From Carcharhinus amblyrhynchos (Eukaryota): a stretch of DNA of 64,000 nt. The notes beneath the pieces are model-generated. The model was not told where the DNA came from. It did no database searches and saw only the letters and a list, made by a program, of their open reading frames with translations. The stretch's first letter is position 1. Every line of letters begins with the position of its first letter. Below, piece after piece: positions 62,927 through 64,000 of this stretch. The position numbers and the translations under genes were made by a program. Location: positions 47,926,001 through 47,990,000 of the forward strand of contig OZ336874.1 in the NCBI GenBank assembly GCA_965287045.1. The letters are read 5' to 3'.

Positions 62927-63079
62927 TGTTCAGTGAAATGTGGCAAGGGGGCTCGGCATCGAACTATCAAGTGCACCAATCCACGCAAGAAATGCGATTT
63001 ATCAACACGCCCAAAGGAGGCAGAAGACTGTGAAGATTACTCAAAATGCTATGTCTGGAGGACAGGAGACTGGTCTAAG
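62927..63079 (+). CDS. ADAMTS19: ADAMTS19 internal exon (TSR)
   Basis: Acceptor cattacag|TGT and donor AAG|gtggta; 153 nt, phase 0/0. Encodes [51 protein letters not shown]. Confidence 0.94.
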
Positions 63080-63416
63080 GTGGTACATATTCAGTAAATC
63101 TGCCTTTTTGTTCAGTATTCCTGTCATTTTGTTAACTTTGTTCAGTGTTTTCTTATCTACAGGTGCATGAGATGGCACAAAGTATGTGAGTGCTTTAACA
63201 CAGTAATTTGTCTGGTAGTGATCAGCTCTTGGCTATGCTTCGACTTTGAGATAACTCAGAATTAATGTAGATTTCATGGAGAATGTATCGTCTTTAGAGA
63301 GGTAGAGTAACGTAACACTAAACTAACACTGGTTAATGTGTCTCTATTTGAGGATTGATGGAAACAAAATACTGATGTTGAATATTTTACTTTAAGAACA
63401 GAAATGAAGGACTGCC

Positions 63417-63546
63417 AGGCCAGAATGTTACTGCCCCGCCTGCCACAGGAATCGGAGTGGGTGAGGGGCAGAACATAGAAAGGTCCATTGACCTCAGGCA
63501 GGGTTTTACAGTTTTGTGATGAGCCAGGCCGTAAAATCCCACCCCC
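63417..63546. mobile_element. ~130-bp MITE
   Basis: ggccagaatgttac ... gtaaaatcccaccc; internal ttgacctc.g..ggg.ttttt shared with 48428-48560. Confidence 0.6.
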
Positions 63547-63547
63547 A

Positions 63548-63915
63548 GTGCCTCATCGTGATTGTTGTATGATAGTTCCTTGGCCTAGGGAGGTACAAGA
63601 CTTGATTCACAATCTACACTGATCCCAACTGGGGAAGCAATAAGGTTAATATAATTGTCCTTGTCTTAGGTTAGGGAAAATAAAATTAGAGAGGAGTGAT
63701 TACCAAGGGCCCCGTGCTAGTAGTGCACTGTTTAAACATTGGGTGAGAACCAGATCAGGCTCAATTTTGATGACCCCACAGTTGAATAACATAATCTACC
63801 AACATCTATTGCCTTGTCTCGAACATGAAGGCAAGTCAATCGAGGGAAGTTGAATTCCATGGAACCCCATCCTGGCACAAGTCAGCGCCTTCAGGAAGAA
63901 GGAGATAAAATTGAT
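63548..63915 (+). mobile_element. Old SINE-like repeat
   Basis: Resembles a decayed chondrichthyan SINE (..cattgggtgagaaccagatcaggctc..gtcagcgccttcagg); possible fragments at 41700-41820 and 45950-46020. Confidence 0.4.
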
Positions 63916-64000
63916 GGGAAAATAGACTTGAAATAAAAAATTCTTGATTGATCAACATTTGAAACAGAAGAGGAGCGATGTAAGCAGAGACTAAATGGGT

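Noticed and set aside
3043-63079. ADAMTS17 instead of ADAMTS19
   Set aside because: Residues such as [34 protein letters not shown] and [27 protein letters not shown] fit ADAMTS19 as I recall it; reciprocal BLAST or synteny would confirm.
1-64000. The many 60-150-aa ORFs in the six-frame track as independent genes
   Set aside because: The DNA is eukaryotic intron. Recurrent peptides such as VRWIGHAKL and HILPVSAWVSS are SINE translations, and the others are LINE antisense frames or chance ORFs.

Overview
This is vertebrate genomic DNA. The repeat content (HE1/V-domain SINEs, CR1 LINEs, Penelope-derived repeats, Harbinger elements) points to a cartilaginous fish, probably a shark (inference). 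The window lies inside one + strand gene that I recognise as ADAMTS19. Five internal coding exons (3043-3200, 16790-16943, 48237-48372, 55667-55871, 62927-63079) splice in frame through GT-AG introns of about 13.6, 31.3, 7.3 and 7.1 kb. They encode the end of the spacer domain and the C-terminal thrombospondin type-1 repeats; neither gene end is in the window. Almost all other listed ORFs are repeat-derived or spurious. The introns hold a young CR1 LINE with an open 659-aa RT frame, two decayed two-gene PIF/Harbinger transposons, a solo LTR inside a SINE, a 28S rRNA fragment and many SINEs. Most unusual: (1) a 791-bp unit bounded by a target-site duplication (TSD) that joins a CR1 ORF2 end, a strand-specific structured RNA domain and a promoter-less V-SINE; (2) several short segments copied from a few kb away, one flanked by a perfect 16-bp TSD. 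All calls are by eye, no database searches were run, and repeat boundaries are approximate.
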